Both the position numbers and the translations under genes were made by a program. From positions 146,322,001 to 146,386,000 of the forward strand of contig NC_058368.1 of the NCBI RefSeq assembly GCF_018350175.1: 64,000 nt of DNA, read 5' to 3'. This document shows positions 25,325 to 38,225 of this stretch, in pieces (within the stretch, counting starts at the first letter, position 1; each line of letters opens with the position of its first letter). The notes beneath the pieces were generated by a model that saw only the letters and a list, made by a program, of their open reading frames with translations, had not been told where the DNA came from and made no database searches. Source of the stretch: Felis catus (taxonomy: Eukaryota).

Positions 25325-28300
25325 TCTGCATTTAGGTGGATGGTACATTACATGGTGAAGAGCTTGTTTACTCAAATGTCATTTTTGGAAGCTTTTATAA
25401 ATATGGATATGACTGTTTTATAATTATCTCTTTGTATGAGGAAGCAATTCCTAAATCTGAATACTTCTGTGGGATTTTATCTTTTGGAAACAATTTGAGA
25501 AAAGCTGGCTACATTCATTAACTTTAAACTTGTGAAGCCATGGGATTTCTACCAAGTAAAGGACTCATTTTCCGTAGTGGTCTGTTATGCTTCCATGCTA
25601 GGAAGAAGTATATGATAGCAGATGGATTAGAGGATATAATAGTTATTTTTCCATTTAAAAATAATTCTTGTTTTTTTTTATATAATTCAGAAAATCAACC
25701 ACTCCACATAAGACATTTTATGACAGGGATTAGATCTCTTTTTAGATTGTGAAAGAATCATTGTCTATATTCCACTACCAATATAAAAAGATTTTATATT
25801 GATAATTAATGTAAGATCATTATCAACCATGAGAGAGCTTATCTTGACTGTATTTTAAAAAATAAATAAAATCCACCTAATATACACAAAAGTTATTTCA
25901 TGTAAAGATGATAGTAATATCAAATAGTGTAAAGTCATGATGACTTTTGAGAAAAAAGAGGAAAGTAAGGGGGGAGTAATTTATGGATGGGCAAAGACAG
26001 TTTGATGTTTGCCTTTTATGATTCATAATAAATATTAATTTTTTCCCTCATAAGACTATTACATATTTTCCTGGAGAACTGTAAACAATTTTAATTGTAC
26101 GAGTCAGAAGGGAATGTTGCCCAGTTTAGCTGAAAGGAAACTGCTTTTTTCTTTAATTATGAAATAGAAAGTACGATAGTCACAAAGAACTGATCTTGTG
26201 CGCACAACATTGAGCAAAGAGTACAAAATATCTGTTTTTTCTAATTGGTACAGTTCTGTTAATTCCTTTTATAGTTCTTGTCTTACACTACTCACCAAAT
26301 TACTTTACTTCTTCAAGAGATACATGCTATGACACGACATGAGTATCAACCTAAGCTGTTCTATACCCCAGCCATATAAATTAGAGAAGAAATATATTGG
26401 AAATTAAACTCCTATAACTTCTTAAGTTTTATGAAATGTTTGTTAGCACATGATTTTGAGATTGTTACATAGATAGTAAGAAATGTATTGGAGGCTTATG
26501 TGGAAAATATGAAAAAAATAATTTAATGAAATGTTTTAAAGCCTCTCAAAATTATTAAAATTCTTCTACATTTTATAATTTGAAAAAATAATGATTATTC
26601 ATTTTATTGCTTATATTGCCAAACATTTTGATATGCTTGCAAGACATAATTCCCTTTCTCTGAGAATTTATAATCTAGTAGAACTGTCAGTTACTGAGAT
26701 AAGGTATTTGGAGAGTGTAAGAAAATTTGACGGCTTTGGGAGTGTTTGACCCAAAGTGCTAGTTTATGCAATTTAAAAAGCATCCATGAATGTTCTAGAG
26801 TTCTGCCATGTAGCAGGAACAATTGGACATACTGAAAGAAGAAATGTTTGAAATTAGGAGATTTGGTGAAGATGCAATTATAATATATTTATGGCCTGAC
26901 CAAGGTATAGTGTGTTTATGCAAAAGACTTTTTGCTGTGATGACAGTTGAAGAAACCAAAACCAGGGCCCTCCCTTGACCTTTTCATGAAGGTTTAATCA
27001 CTTTTTAAATTTTACTGATAGCTTCCTATATGGGAAATATGGGGGGGGGGGCAATTTTGTAGTTATGACAGTTTGGGGGAAAATGTAGAAAATCTCAGAA
27101 AATTGAAATAAAATTGGAGAATAATAAATTTTCTGGAGCAATTCATTGAAACATTTTTGTTGTCAGAATTCACATTTGTGAGAGGCTTCAGACTTTGGCT
27201 TTTTGCTGTTATTTCTAAGTAAGAGTTTATCTGCAGTTTCAGAGATACCCTGATAGGATGAAAAAATATATTCTTTTATCTTTACCACTTAAAATTTGAG
27301 TCCTGTTATTAGATCATCATGTCATATATATTGTGCTATGAATATTTTTGGAGCTTCTGTTTATTATCATAAATGCAAAAATTTTACATTAACCACGGTT
27401 GTAAATGCATATAATTTATGTTAAATCAATAATTTGTTAAATGTAAACACTTAGAAGAGTTCCTGAGTTTTAAGACCCTGATTGATATTTCTCACTTTCA
27501 TTATGATGAGATAAAAAATTAAAAATAAAAAGAAATGAAAATAGTTCTGAATAAATCTTATCCGGCAAACTTTATCCTTTTTTGAAATTTAAGAAAAACT
27601 AAATTCATCAAACAATTACATTTCTGAAAGCCTTATTAAGAGAACTTTGATTGATAGGATATGCCATTTGAATTGCATCAGTCAGAGAACATTAAATTGT
27701 TTGAGGGAACAAAAAGAGGGAACAGTTCAAGTAGTCTATGCAGGGGATTGTACAGCAGTCAGCTTTCAATTTTGTGATCAAATGTATTGATAATATTTTA
27801 TCACCATCTGATGCATCCATTATTTATTACAATTACGTAGATACAGTGTCTAATTGGAAAATAGTCTCATCAATTCTGCTTCATTTATTAATATTTTCCG
27901 TGAAATGTGCTAGATATTCATGGTAATAACCTGTTTGTTCCAAGGTTTAAATGTTTTATACTCCAAAGTGAGGTTGTGTGTGTGTGTGTGTGTGTGTGTG
28001 CGTGCGTGCGTGTGTAAGCAGATGTCACCATTATACCATATAGGATGACTGATCTCCCTTTGTTTGCATTATTCTGTGAAATTCTTTATTCTTACTTCAG
28101 AAAGTGTTCTTTCAGGATTCTAATCAGATTGTGCTTTCACAAAGGAAGTCAGTTCCAATTGCTTCTGATTAGGATGTTCCTGCTTTTCTTCTTCTCAGTG
28201 TATTTCCATGACTTATCTTTTGATTGTTTATAGGCTGCTATCACTTTGTGCTGTAAGAGATGGTACAGACCCCTACTTATTTTTTCTTTTATGTATTTAT

Positions 28301-28399
28301 TTTTTTAAACTTTTCCACTTAAGAAGGACCAATTTAAATTTGATTACTTGGTAATAATTCCTTTTTAAGTTTGTCATATGATATTCTATAATTTATCAT

Positions 28400-28560
28400 T
28401 TTTTAGGCGCTTAATGAGCAAGACTGTTCTAAGTGCTTTGCAAATATTAAGCTAATATAATAATAATAACAACTATGTGAGATTGATACTATAATCAGTC
28501 CCATTTTACAGATGTGGAAATTGATACACAGGCATATAGCTAGTGTGACCATAGTAGTCT
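28400..28560 (-). mobile_element. MIR relic
   Basis: ctgttctaagtgctttgcaaatatta...cccattttacagatgtggaaattga. Confidence 0.75.
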
Positions 28561-29623
28561 CAGTTTTTTTTATTCCTATTAGATGCATTATCAGAATTTT
28601 TTACATTAAAAGAGGACCTGTCATTATAAATCATAACTCTAAGTTTTAACTTTTAAAAGAATAAAAACAATACCTGATTGAAGAAGTCCAGGGAATCCCT
28701 TAATATTTATTAATATACTCAATTATCTTAATTTAATTTAAATCAGTTGTATTTGGCTATTTTTTAACCTCAAAAAAATAGGTGCTAATAAAAGACTCAT
28801 GAAGGTTACTCGTGTTGTACCTCCACTCAGCATATTTGTTTGTTTGTCTTGTCAGAGTATGAAGAACTTTAATAAATAGGCTAAAATATATTTCCTATCT
28901 TGTCCTTAAATCTGGACTTATGATTAGAAGTGAATTTGGTACAAAAACTTTTGATTTACTGATACCAACAATTGTTTGGTACTGTTAATCTTAAATTCTG
29001 GTTTGGCACATGCCTTTAAAATTTTATTCAGTCTTTTTGAGTAGCTATTGAAACCAAATACATATGTAAAATTTAAATTCATTTATTTTCTGCAGTGAAG
29101 ATGCTAATTCCCTCATATGTTGGGTTACCCTGCCCGTTCTTATTATTGTAACTAGATAATTATGAACTTTCTTAACTTTGTTTGGTTGATAAATTGCATT
29201 TTATTTTCTCCCCTATCTTTGGATTTCTATTTTAATGACAATCAGTTTGTAATAATGGCTATGAGAGTTCAGTTTCAGTAAGTTCCTGCCTGCCTCTTCA
29301 GCGGGTTTGCTTATTTATGAAGGAAGAGATGATTTTGTAAGGCTTTTGATGAACTTTTATTATATACCTGCTAAAATGTCTCACAGATTTTGCCACTGAG
29401 TCATTTCATAACTGTCTCCTTTTTGTTTTTAATACATGTTTTTTTTCCAAGTCAATGCATCTCAAAAGTTGTTGGGTTTCTAGAAACATAAATAAAGAAC
29501 AGATGGCTGGTCACACCTTATGACAAATACAATGGAGACAGAGGACTTTCATCGTGTCCCTCATGATCAACATGTTAGCTATCATGTGGTGGACATCTGT
29601 GGCTATTTGAAATAGGCCTTGCT

Positions 29624-29670
29624 GTCTACGGCCATACCACCCTGAATGCGCCCGATCTCGTCTGATCTCG
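29624..29670 (+). pseudogene. 5S rRNA 5' fragment (nt 1-47), tailless retropseudogene
   Basis: GTCTACGGCCATACCACCCTGAATGCGCCCGATCTCGTCTGATCTCG matches mammalian 5S nt 1-47 with one C>T at a CpG. Flanked by GAAATAGGCCTTGCT (29609-29623) and GAAATATGCCTTGCT (29670-29684). Confidence 0.95.
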
Positions 29671-31109
29671 AAATATGCCTTGCTGCTCTTTTGGAGTCTC
29701 TTAGGTCTGGTCAGTCCTCTTGACAGTAGCTTGTTTTTAAGGCATTGGGTTTCTCAGTTATTTATTGGTCTGAAAAAAAAAAACACAAAAATAATTCTGA
29801 ATAAATAAGATTGAGGAAATGTCTGAAATAAGGGTACCCTTCTTTCAGATTGTCCTATAGTTGTTCAAACTGATTTATTAATGTTGATTGATATCTCTTT
29901 AATCATCAGTTTTGCCACATTTGGGAATCAGTCTTCATTTAATGCATCTATCTTAATGAACACATTTCTCTACTTGTATACCTGTTAACAGAGTAGTGTA
30001 AAGAAAAGTAAAGCATTATAGTTTAGATTAATTCATGGAGAAGACCAAATATAAAAATTTAAATCGTGGATTTAATATCCAAATTATGAGCAATTCCTGT
30101 GTCTATGACATGAAATGATCTGTAAATTTGTGTGGTTATGGATTTTAATTTTGAACCACAGATTCTTAGGTGGGAGTGTTGCCTATTTATCCACATATAA
30201 GCTTTCGTACTGTGCTGTCACTACAGTAACCTTTGAAATATTCAAAACATTGTGTCTTTGTGGAGAAATAGTCACCAATTGAGAAGGAAAATTTTAGTGA
30301 ATATTGAAAATGCTCTTGACTTGTAGCAAAACACATTAGAAACATGTCTCCTGAGAGCAATATGGCTTTGAAAATGCTAGGAGCTGGTAGAATAGTTTAT
30401 GTTTTTGTAAATGTGCAGAATTCCTAAGGTCTTAGAAAATCTAGCCAGCATATCAAAGATTTTCTGTATGGAATTTTTAAAGAAATGCTATAAGAGAGCA
30501 CATTAAGGTCCTTACACAAAAACAAAAATGAAAAAAAAATTATTGGTTGTCAATTTAAAGGATAATTTCTTAAAAATAACATAGTTTTTAGAATGAAATT
30601 TGGTTTATTAAGAAGTCTGACCCACCACAATGATGTCTGCTGTCTATATAACAGTCTACTAAATAGAAAACAACTTTCAGCTTTGTACTATCTAAATCAC
30701 TATGAAATTTAAAATAGAATATATAATAATTTATTACATCAGCACAGCCTATAAGTGAATTTCACATAGTTACATGTGTTACAGAATAATATTTCAATAA
30801 ACCATTCTAATTTAAAAAGTTGAAAACCACTACTCTTTAGACATTATTAATATCTAAAACAGGAAATTTTAACAGTTTTACAATTTGGGATATATTTTGG
30901 GTATGTAACATATTGCATGAAAGTATCTTCAGGTAAAAAAAAATTTCAATCTTTCATACTTAGGTTAAATAAGAATGCCTCTATGAATCACAGTGATTTC
31001 ATTTTGTTAAAGACTTTAAGAAATTATTGGGAGTACAATATAAAAACCAGTTAGGAATATGAAATTGTTTTGTGGATGGCATAAGTTATGATTTTGTTTC
31101 ATTTGGTAT

Positions 31110-31163
31110 GTTTATTTTATTTTATTTTATTTTATTTTATTTTATTTTATTTTATTTTATTTT
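31110..31163. repeat. (ATTTT)n pentanucleotide repeat
   Basis: About 10 perfect units. Confidence 0.95.
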
Positions 31164-32279
31164 AAATAATTAAAATGTCTTTTCTCTCAAGTCTCCACAT
31201 AATGTGAAATGGTAAATTATTGTCTGAGTAGGTAAGGATTTGAGATAATCCCATTATAAAATAGCATCCTGGAGCTTGACAGCTTTGAACAAACGTGCAG
31301 CATTAGTTATCAGTTTTTAATTCAAAATGAAAACAAATGCAAAATTTTCCTGATCCCAGGCATAATGAAATAACCCTTTTATCTAAATAAACATAACCTA
31401 TAAGAGTAAAATTAGTTTCTGTAAGGAGATATTCTTTTTGAAAAATTTCTTAGTAATTCTTGTGGTGATAAATATGTCTGGATTAGGGTAACCCCTAGAC
31501 CTAATTGACTTATACTAGATTTAACTTAAAATTATTATTAAGAAGATACTATGGAATTACAAGATTTTACATCTTGGATAGAAAACTGGTATAGTGCTAA
31601 TAGTGCATGCTCAAATCCTGAGGACCTTGATGAATAATCCTCAGGCCTTTTGTAAACTCGAGTCCACAGGGAACATGACTTTTTTGTCATTCATGTTTGT
31701 GCTAAGCGAGCACTCAATAAATACTGATGATATTCATGGAAGTAAAGTGAATGTTTACAACAGTGTTCTATGGATTTCTGGGACTGACTTGTGACGTGAT
31801 TATTCCATTCCAGGTACATAGAAATTTTGAGGCAAGGAAAGAAGGGGGAATTCTCCAGGGTACAGAAGTAAAAGGATAACTCGAAGCCCGAGTTATGTTG
31901 CATTGGTCAGAGAGGTCATTTGGCCTGTTTATAAGTTTTTTGGGCTTGAGTTTAATGGCTACGTGGTGATAGGATATTAGGGTTAGGGAATGAGAGGGGA
32001 AGGAGCCTCTGAATGGAGTCAGAATTACATACTGTCCCCATAGCAGAGGGATCTCAAGCCAAGAGACTGCTCTAATTTCTGAAACTCTTGCAAAAGCAAA
32101 TGCTAAGTTATTTAGAAACAAATGCAAAGCTCACACTGATGGGCATCTTATGGGAAGAGTGTCCCCTCTGAAGGTAAGTTCAAAATGAAAAAAATGGCAA
32201 CTATATGAAATATCTAACGTGAATAACATGATATAGTTAGCAAACAAAATAAAAAGGATTATTGCCACAAAACATAAAA

Positions 32280-32372
32280 TAATGTAAAAAATGTAATGAA
32301 ATATGTAATGAAATGTAATGAAAAATGTAATGAAATATGAAATATGTAATGAAACATTTCATATGAAATAAG
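32280..32372. repeat. Degenerate (AATGTAATGAAAT)-like tandem repeat
   Basis: tgtaatgaaa occurs five times with variable spacers. Confidence 0.8.
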
Positions 32373-32419
32373 TATATTTTAAGTGATTAAGCAGATTGTA
32401 AATGAATATGAAACATAAT

Positions 32420-33129
32420 AAAATGGAGCAAAGGAAAAACAAATACATAGAAAAAAGGAAACCATAAGATGGTAGAAATAAGTCAGTAAATCAATTATGT
32501 TAATATAAGCTTTTCTGTTGAAAGATTCTAGATTCTATAAAATGCAAAATATAACTTCATGTTGTTTATAAGAAATACATCTAGGGGCGCCTGGGTGGCG
32601 CAGTCGGTTAAGCGTCCCACTTCAGCCAGGTCACGATCTCGCGGTCCGTGAGTTCGAGCCCCGTGTTGGGCTCTGGGCTGATGGCTCAGAGCCTGGAGCC
32701 TGTTTCCGATTCTGTGTCTCCCTCTCTCCCTGCCCCTCCCCCATTCATGCTCTGTCTCTCTCTGTCCCCCCAAAAAAGTAAATAAATAAACGTTGAAAAA
32801 AAAAGAAATACATCTAGAACATAAGGATCATAAAGGTTGAAAGAAAGGGAAATAATACATGAGAAAAATATTAATCAAAATATAACTTGTGAGGGAATTC
32901 TATTATCATACAAAAAATAACACTTAAAGGCACTGTTACTAGGAATAGGGAAGACCAAATGATGTTACTGAAAGATGTAATTCTGACAGCATGTACTCAA
33001 CTGACAACATAACCTCAAAATATATAAAGCAAAACTTGGCTCAATTACACACTGAAATTTAAAAATCCAAAATCATATTGAAACTTAAAAACACATGTCT
33101 CAAAGACCAACATATTAAGCAGATAAGAA

Positions 33130-33167
<38 letters not shown>

Positions 33168-33560
33168 TTGAACAGTATATTTTAACAAGGTTACTTGGAT
33201 GGATGGATGGATTGGTAGATGGATAGATACATAAAGATATTCCTTCAACAATTAGAGAATATACATTTTTTTCAAGCATACTAAAACATGACAATATTTA
33301 TGTACTAGGCCACAAAAGACTTCTCAACTGGAGAATAAACAGAATTCAATATTTCTATAATACTTAATTACAAAAAGATTGTTGCTCCCACAAATGTAAA
33401 ACACACACATATAAGAAAATTAATGGGCCAAAGAAGAAAATTAAAGAAAGATTATGAAATATTTAGAATTAAACACCAGCTCAAACATTGCAGATCATAA
33501 CTTGAAGCTGAAGAGTTAGCCTAGTTTTAAATGTGTATTTTAGCAATGATTGAAAATTGA
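32420..33560 (+). mobile_element. Degenerate L1M fragment (ORF2 endonuclease region)
   Basis: A-rich strand bias with motifs acataacctcaaaatatataaagcaaaact and agaatatacattttttttcaagcata. Confidence 0.6.
32584..32802 (+). mobile_element. Young felid SINEC_Fc-type SINE with 15-bp TSD
   Basis: ggggcgcctgggtggcgcagtcggttaagcgt...cagccaggtcacgatctcgcggtccgtgag; CpG-rich; TSD AAGAAATACATCTAG (32570-32584, 32803-32817). Confidence 0.95.
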
Positions 33561-33609
33561 TGAGGCAAGCTTTTATCTCATGCTATGTGATGTAAGGAAC
33601 AGGGTGTAT

Positions 33610-33832
33610 GGGGGCGCCTGGGTGGCTCAATCAGTTGGGCATCTGACTCTTGGTCTTGGCTCAGATCATGATCTCATGGTTCATGGGTTTGAGCCCTGCG
33701 TCAAGCTCTGCACGGACAGTGTGGAGCCTGCTTGGGATTCTCTCTCTCTCTGTGTCTCTCTTTGCCCCTTCCCCACATGCGATCTCTATCTCTCTCTCTC
33801 TCTCTGAAAATAAAGAAGCATTAAAAAAAAAA
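33610..33832 (+). mobile_element. Carnivore SINE
   Basis: ggggcgcctgggtggctcaatcagttg head, CT tract and A tail. Confidence 0.93.
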
Positions 33833-35003
33833 GAATATTGGTGATTCATGGGAAGAGGTCAAAATAACATTAAGAAGAATTTGGAAGAAGTTGATTCCTT
33901 AAAACAACAACAACAACAACAGACGGGTACAACCAAGAGAATCCTTATGATGTTGCCACAGGGAGATCCAGGATGACCACGTAGAGTGGACTTAGAGACT
34001 GTCAGTCCGTCTTGGAGCAGGGGTGGGTGAGAGGGCCAGGAGGGTTGAATTTAAGGGGGGGTGGTGGTTGATGGTGGTGATTATTTGATGTGTTGGATTG
34101 TTAAGAGTTAGAGTTGAAGTTTGTTGAACAAAAATTGTTTTTAATATTTTCCCCATTCTCATTTTCCATCTCTTTTATGCTTTTATTTTAAAAGGAATAT
34201 GTTTCAGATTTATTTTCTTATATCTTGAAAAAGTTATTTTTTCATAGTTTATTTCCTTTTCAAAATTGTGTATGACTTCATAAATTTTTTTTCCAGATTT
34301 AAAGGGAAGTATTTTTGTTCTGTTTAGAATATATGCTGATTGGATATAGCATACCATACAAAGAATACCTCCTTGAATGTATTTAGTTGGAGACAGCTCT
34401 AAATTTTCAATTGTGTTTTCTCAGCGGTTGATTTTCTTATATCCCTTGATTTGGAATAGACGTTTATTTTAATGTAAAGAGAACTTTCTTTGTTCTCTTT
34501 AGGGAAAGAGAGTTGAAAGTTGACAAGAGATGAAACATGAAGCCAATGCACTGCTTGCTAACGTAAAATGAACAAAACGGACACATTATGTCATGGACTG
34601 CTTGTCTCCCTCAAGAGACAAGACTAGGCCAATCTGGGCTCTCCTATTAAGTTAGAACAGCTGGAGTTTGACATTTTTCTTCTCTAAGTCTAAAGACTGG
34701 ATAATGTTCATTCTGGAGCTTACTTGTCTTTTACACATTTGGTCTCCTGTGTTCTTTTTGGCTTGGGAGCTTGGTTAGTGTGAAGTATGATTTTGAGGAA
34801 AAAAAAAGCTTCTTATTTCGGGATAGAATATTTAAAATAAACAGGCTGTGTGTTTATTACTGTGGAAACCAGAAAGCAAGTATGACTGTAAACAGAATGA
34901 TTTCAAAAGACTAACTGATTAAATGCCAAGAGGACTGCAGTAATACTATTATTCTTTCATAGCTTTTATTTCTACCATAATTTTTGAAACGCTTTCTAAA
35001 TAA

Positions 35004-35216
35004 TTTTTTTTTTAATGTTTACTTTTGAGAGAGGGACAGAGACAGAGTATGAGTGGAGCAGGGTCAGAGAGGGAGAGGGAGACACAGAATCTGAAGCAGG
35101 TTCCAGTCTCTGAGCTGTCAGCACAGAGCCCGAAGTGGGGCTGGAACTCATAGACTGCGAGATCATGACCTGAGCCCAAGTAAGTCGCTCAACCCACTGA
35201 GCCACCCAGGCGTTCC
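35004..35216 (-). mobile_element. Carnivore SINE
   Basis: ttttgagagagggacagagacagag...gagccacccaggcgttcc. Confidence 0.93.
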
Positions 35217-35763
35217 TTTCTGAAATAATTTTATGATATATATGTTAGTCTTTTGGCATGCATACATGATTTTTGTTTTTAGAATTTTAGTAGAAATTTT
35301 TAGTATTTATTTTACTAAATGGAGAAACTTGAATATATTCTGTTTATAGCAATTATGATGACTAGAACTTTCTGAAGGTGTTAAATTGTCAAGAATTACT
35401 TGATAACATTTTTCATGTTTGTAGACTACCAGGGGAGCAGTGACTTGGCATCTTGTGTGTTTGCTGCTTGCGGCTACTTTCTTCTATAGTCTTTTCATGG
35501 AAGTATGCTCTGAAAACCTAGTTGGAAGTGTCCACCTCCTTTAGTATTGAACTCAATATTTTATGTAACACAAGCAGCTATTTCTCTTTCTAGTGAATCA
35601 TTTTGTACCTGATGTGACACTTGGATAAAACTTGATGAGACCAAAGTTGCTAGAAAATGTATTCAGCCCGACACTAATTCATGGAAGTTCTACCAGCTGT
35701 AACTTAAAACAATGACTTGTTTCATTCAAAAAATGATTTTCTGTTCACTAAGTGTATTAGTGT

Positions 35764-35811
35764 ATGCTCTGGTTTCTCTTCAAATCGCATAAATCTTTCG
35801 CCTTTTACTAA
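35764..35811 (+). pseudogene. U5 snRNA 5' fragment (about nt 1-48), tailless retropseudogene
   Basis: ATGCTCTGGTTTCTCTTCAAATCGCATAAATCTTTCGCCTTTTACTAA matches the U5 5' end including invariant loop I GCCTTTTAC. Flanked by ACTAAGTGTATTAGTGT (35747-35763) and ACTAAGTGTATTAGTTT (35807-35823). Confidence 0.93.
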
Positions 35812-36290
35812 GTGTATTAGTTTACTGTTGTTGTGGCACAATTGGGTTCTCTGCTGAGGGTCTCACAAAGCTGGAATCAGAGTGTCAGCCAGACTACATT
35901 CTCACCTGGAGCTCAGATTCCGCCTCCAAGCTCACGTGGTGTTGTTGGCAAGCATTCATTTCCTTGCTGGCTTTTAGCCAAAGGTAGTCCTTTCTCCTAG
36001 AAGCCATTTTCATGACACCCTCCCTCTTAAATCCCACAACAGGAATTTCATTCAAGTCGAATCCCTGCTCTTGAGGAAGATCTCAATCCATTTTAAGGGC
36101 TCACTTAATTCGATCAGGCTCAACCAGAATAATCTTTTTTTTAAGTCAGCCTTGCCATATACCTAACCTAATGGGAATGAATATCTCATTAAATCTACAA
36201 GTTCTCACCCATATGCAAAAGCAGAGGATTATACAGGGCATGTGCTCTGGAGGTTGGAATTCTTGAGGGTCATCTTAGTGCCTACCTGTA
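35812..36290 (-). mobile_element. MLT1 (MaLR) LTR
   Basis: tgtattagttt...gggtctcacaaagctggaatcagagtgtcagcc...gaggattatacagggcatgtg...gggtcatcttagtgcctacc. Confidence 0.75.
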
Positions 36291-36764
36291 AAATAATAGA
36301 AGACTATTAGATGTGTGTTATTTCAGTTTGTTTTTTCCATCTTCATATATGTCTGTAGTCATTCCTTCTTTAGTTTCATAAAAGGAATATTCTGTTCTAA
36401 GCTTAAGTTTTTCCATCAGGTCCTTCCAACCCCTCTTTGAATTCACTCTATTAGACCTGTGTGTGCCCCCACTCACACTCTTGTATTTTCATTTTCCTCT
36501 ATTTCCTTGCTCCTTCCCTTCAATTTACACGTGGCCTAGTCCTCAGGTCTTATCACGGAAGTGAATCTGTGTGCCTTTTTCTGTGGCTCAGGTTTAAGTC
36601 TACTATCTTTTTTGCAAATAGGTGATCTTCCTTCTCTGGCCCTCCCTACTCTCATCTACTGCCAGAGAGACATTTCTAAAATGCAAATCTAATCACATTA
36701 TTTTGCTTAAAAGTCATTGGAAGCCCCACTTTGTTGTCTTTAGCAGAAGGCCAAATATGGCCTA

Positions 36765-37047
36765 TAGACATGTTATGTTTCGCACTTACATCTAGAAAAA
36801 ATTTAACATGAGTTTCTAACTATCAAAATCAGGAGCTTATATATAAAAATCTACATTTCTAGTCTTTCTTGAAAAATTAAAAAATCTGAGTAATCTGGCC
36901 CACATTTCCACCAGGCAACAATCTACTACTACTACCTAGTAGCTCCCCCTGTAGAAGGGAAATGCTTCCTGTAGTTTGCCAGCCCATAAGCTTTATTCTT
37001 TTACTTTACCTTCCCGGCTTCTAAAGACAGTTGATTCTCAAGCCCTG
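36765..37047. mobile_element. MER102-like hAT element
   Basis: aaaatcaggag...aaaaatctacatttctagtctttcttgaaaaatt...gcccacatttccaccaggcaacaatc...agctccccct. Confidence 0.55.
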
Positions 37048-37247
37048 ACCTTGAGAATAAAGGCTGAAGGTCTTAGCTCTTAGCATGACGGTTCATAATT
37101 TTCCTAACTTCCTCCCATTAATTCTTTTCAAAATTGTTGTATTTTATTTGGATGATTACATTTCATTTCCTCCTGCCAAATTGTGATTTCCTAAGGACAG
37201 GAAGTATTTTTGGTTTATACTTCCATTCTCAGTCTGTAACACAATTG

Positions 37248-37249
37248 CT

Positions 37250-37312
<63 letters not shown>

Positions 37313-37501
37313 ATTTATTTTGAGAGAGTGAGAGGGAGAGAGAGAGAGAGAGAGACAGGGCAGGAGAGGGGCAGAGAGAGAATCCCAAGTAGGCTCCACA
37401 CCGTCAGTGCAGAGCCTGATGCAGGGCTCTATCCTATGAACCATGAGATCATGACCTGAGCCTAAATCAAGAGTCAGTCCACTGAGCCACCCAGGCACCC
37501 C
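37248..37501 (-). mobile_element. Carnivore SINE with tail expanded into (TTTC)n
   Basis: About 16 TTTC units at 37248-37311, then SINE body ending gagccacccaggcacccc. Confidence 0.92.
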
Positions 37502-38021
37502 CCCCCCACCTCAAACACAATTTCTAACACATATTAGGCACTCTTTGAAATTGATTTGAATGGTGTTTATTGTACCCTCACACCAATTTTTATGTGCCCG
37601 TAGACTTGCTCAAAAGGCAATACAGATGAAAGTATCAACTCTCAGCACTATTGAAAAATCTTAAAACTTTATTCTCTACCACAAATGAATCATTAGAGTT
37701 ATTTTGGTTTCCAAATAATCCATTGTAGTACTATGATGGTATATAGTAGTTGTGGAATTCCTTCAACATTTTCAGTGTCTTGATCCTTCCATTCTTTCAT
37801 GGGAGTGTGAAAATTGGGACTGCCCTGACAAGGTTATATGTTCAGTGTTCTGGAGAACAGAGGGAAACTAGGGCTTCCAATTGGCTCTGATTCTTTTCTT
37901 TCCAAGATACTGAAAGGCTTTTTGTTTGTGGGTATCCATCCATCAGTAAATATTAATAAATTTTCTAAACAGATATCCTAACCATTGCTGGTCATTAATG
38001 AGCATCTTAAACTGTGATTTC

Positions 38022-38225
38022 TTTTTTAATGTTTATGTATTTATTTTGAGAGAGAGAGAGAGAATGCATGTGAGCATGGGGTGAGAAGAGAATCCGAAGC
38101 AGGATCTGCTCTGTCATCACCAAGCCTGACACTAACACAGGGCTTGATCTCATGCAACCTGAGATCATGACCTGAGCTGAAATCAAGAGTGGGACACTTA
38201 ACCGACTAAACTACCTAGGCACGTC
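38022..38225 (-). mobile_element. Carnivore SINE
   Basis: gagatcatgacctgagctgaaatcaagagt...acctaggcac. Confidence 0.88.

Noticed and set aside
29624..29670. Functional 5S rRNA gene
   Set aside because: Only 47 of about 120 nt, with no internal promoter boxes or terminator, and TSD-flanked.
31780..32180. GC-richer block with TGACGT and ATTGG motifs as a promoter
   Set aside because: No CpG island; such short motifs are expected by chance in 64 kb.
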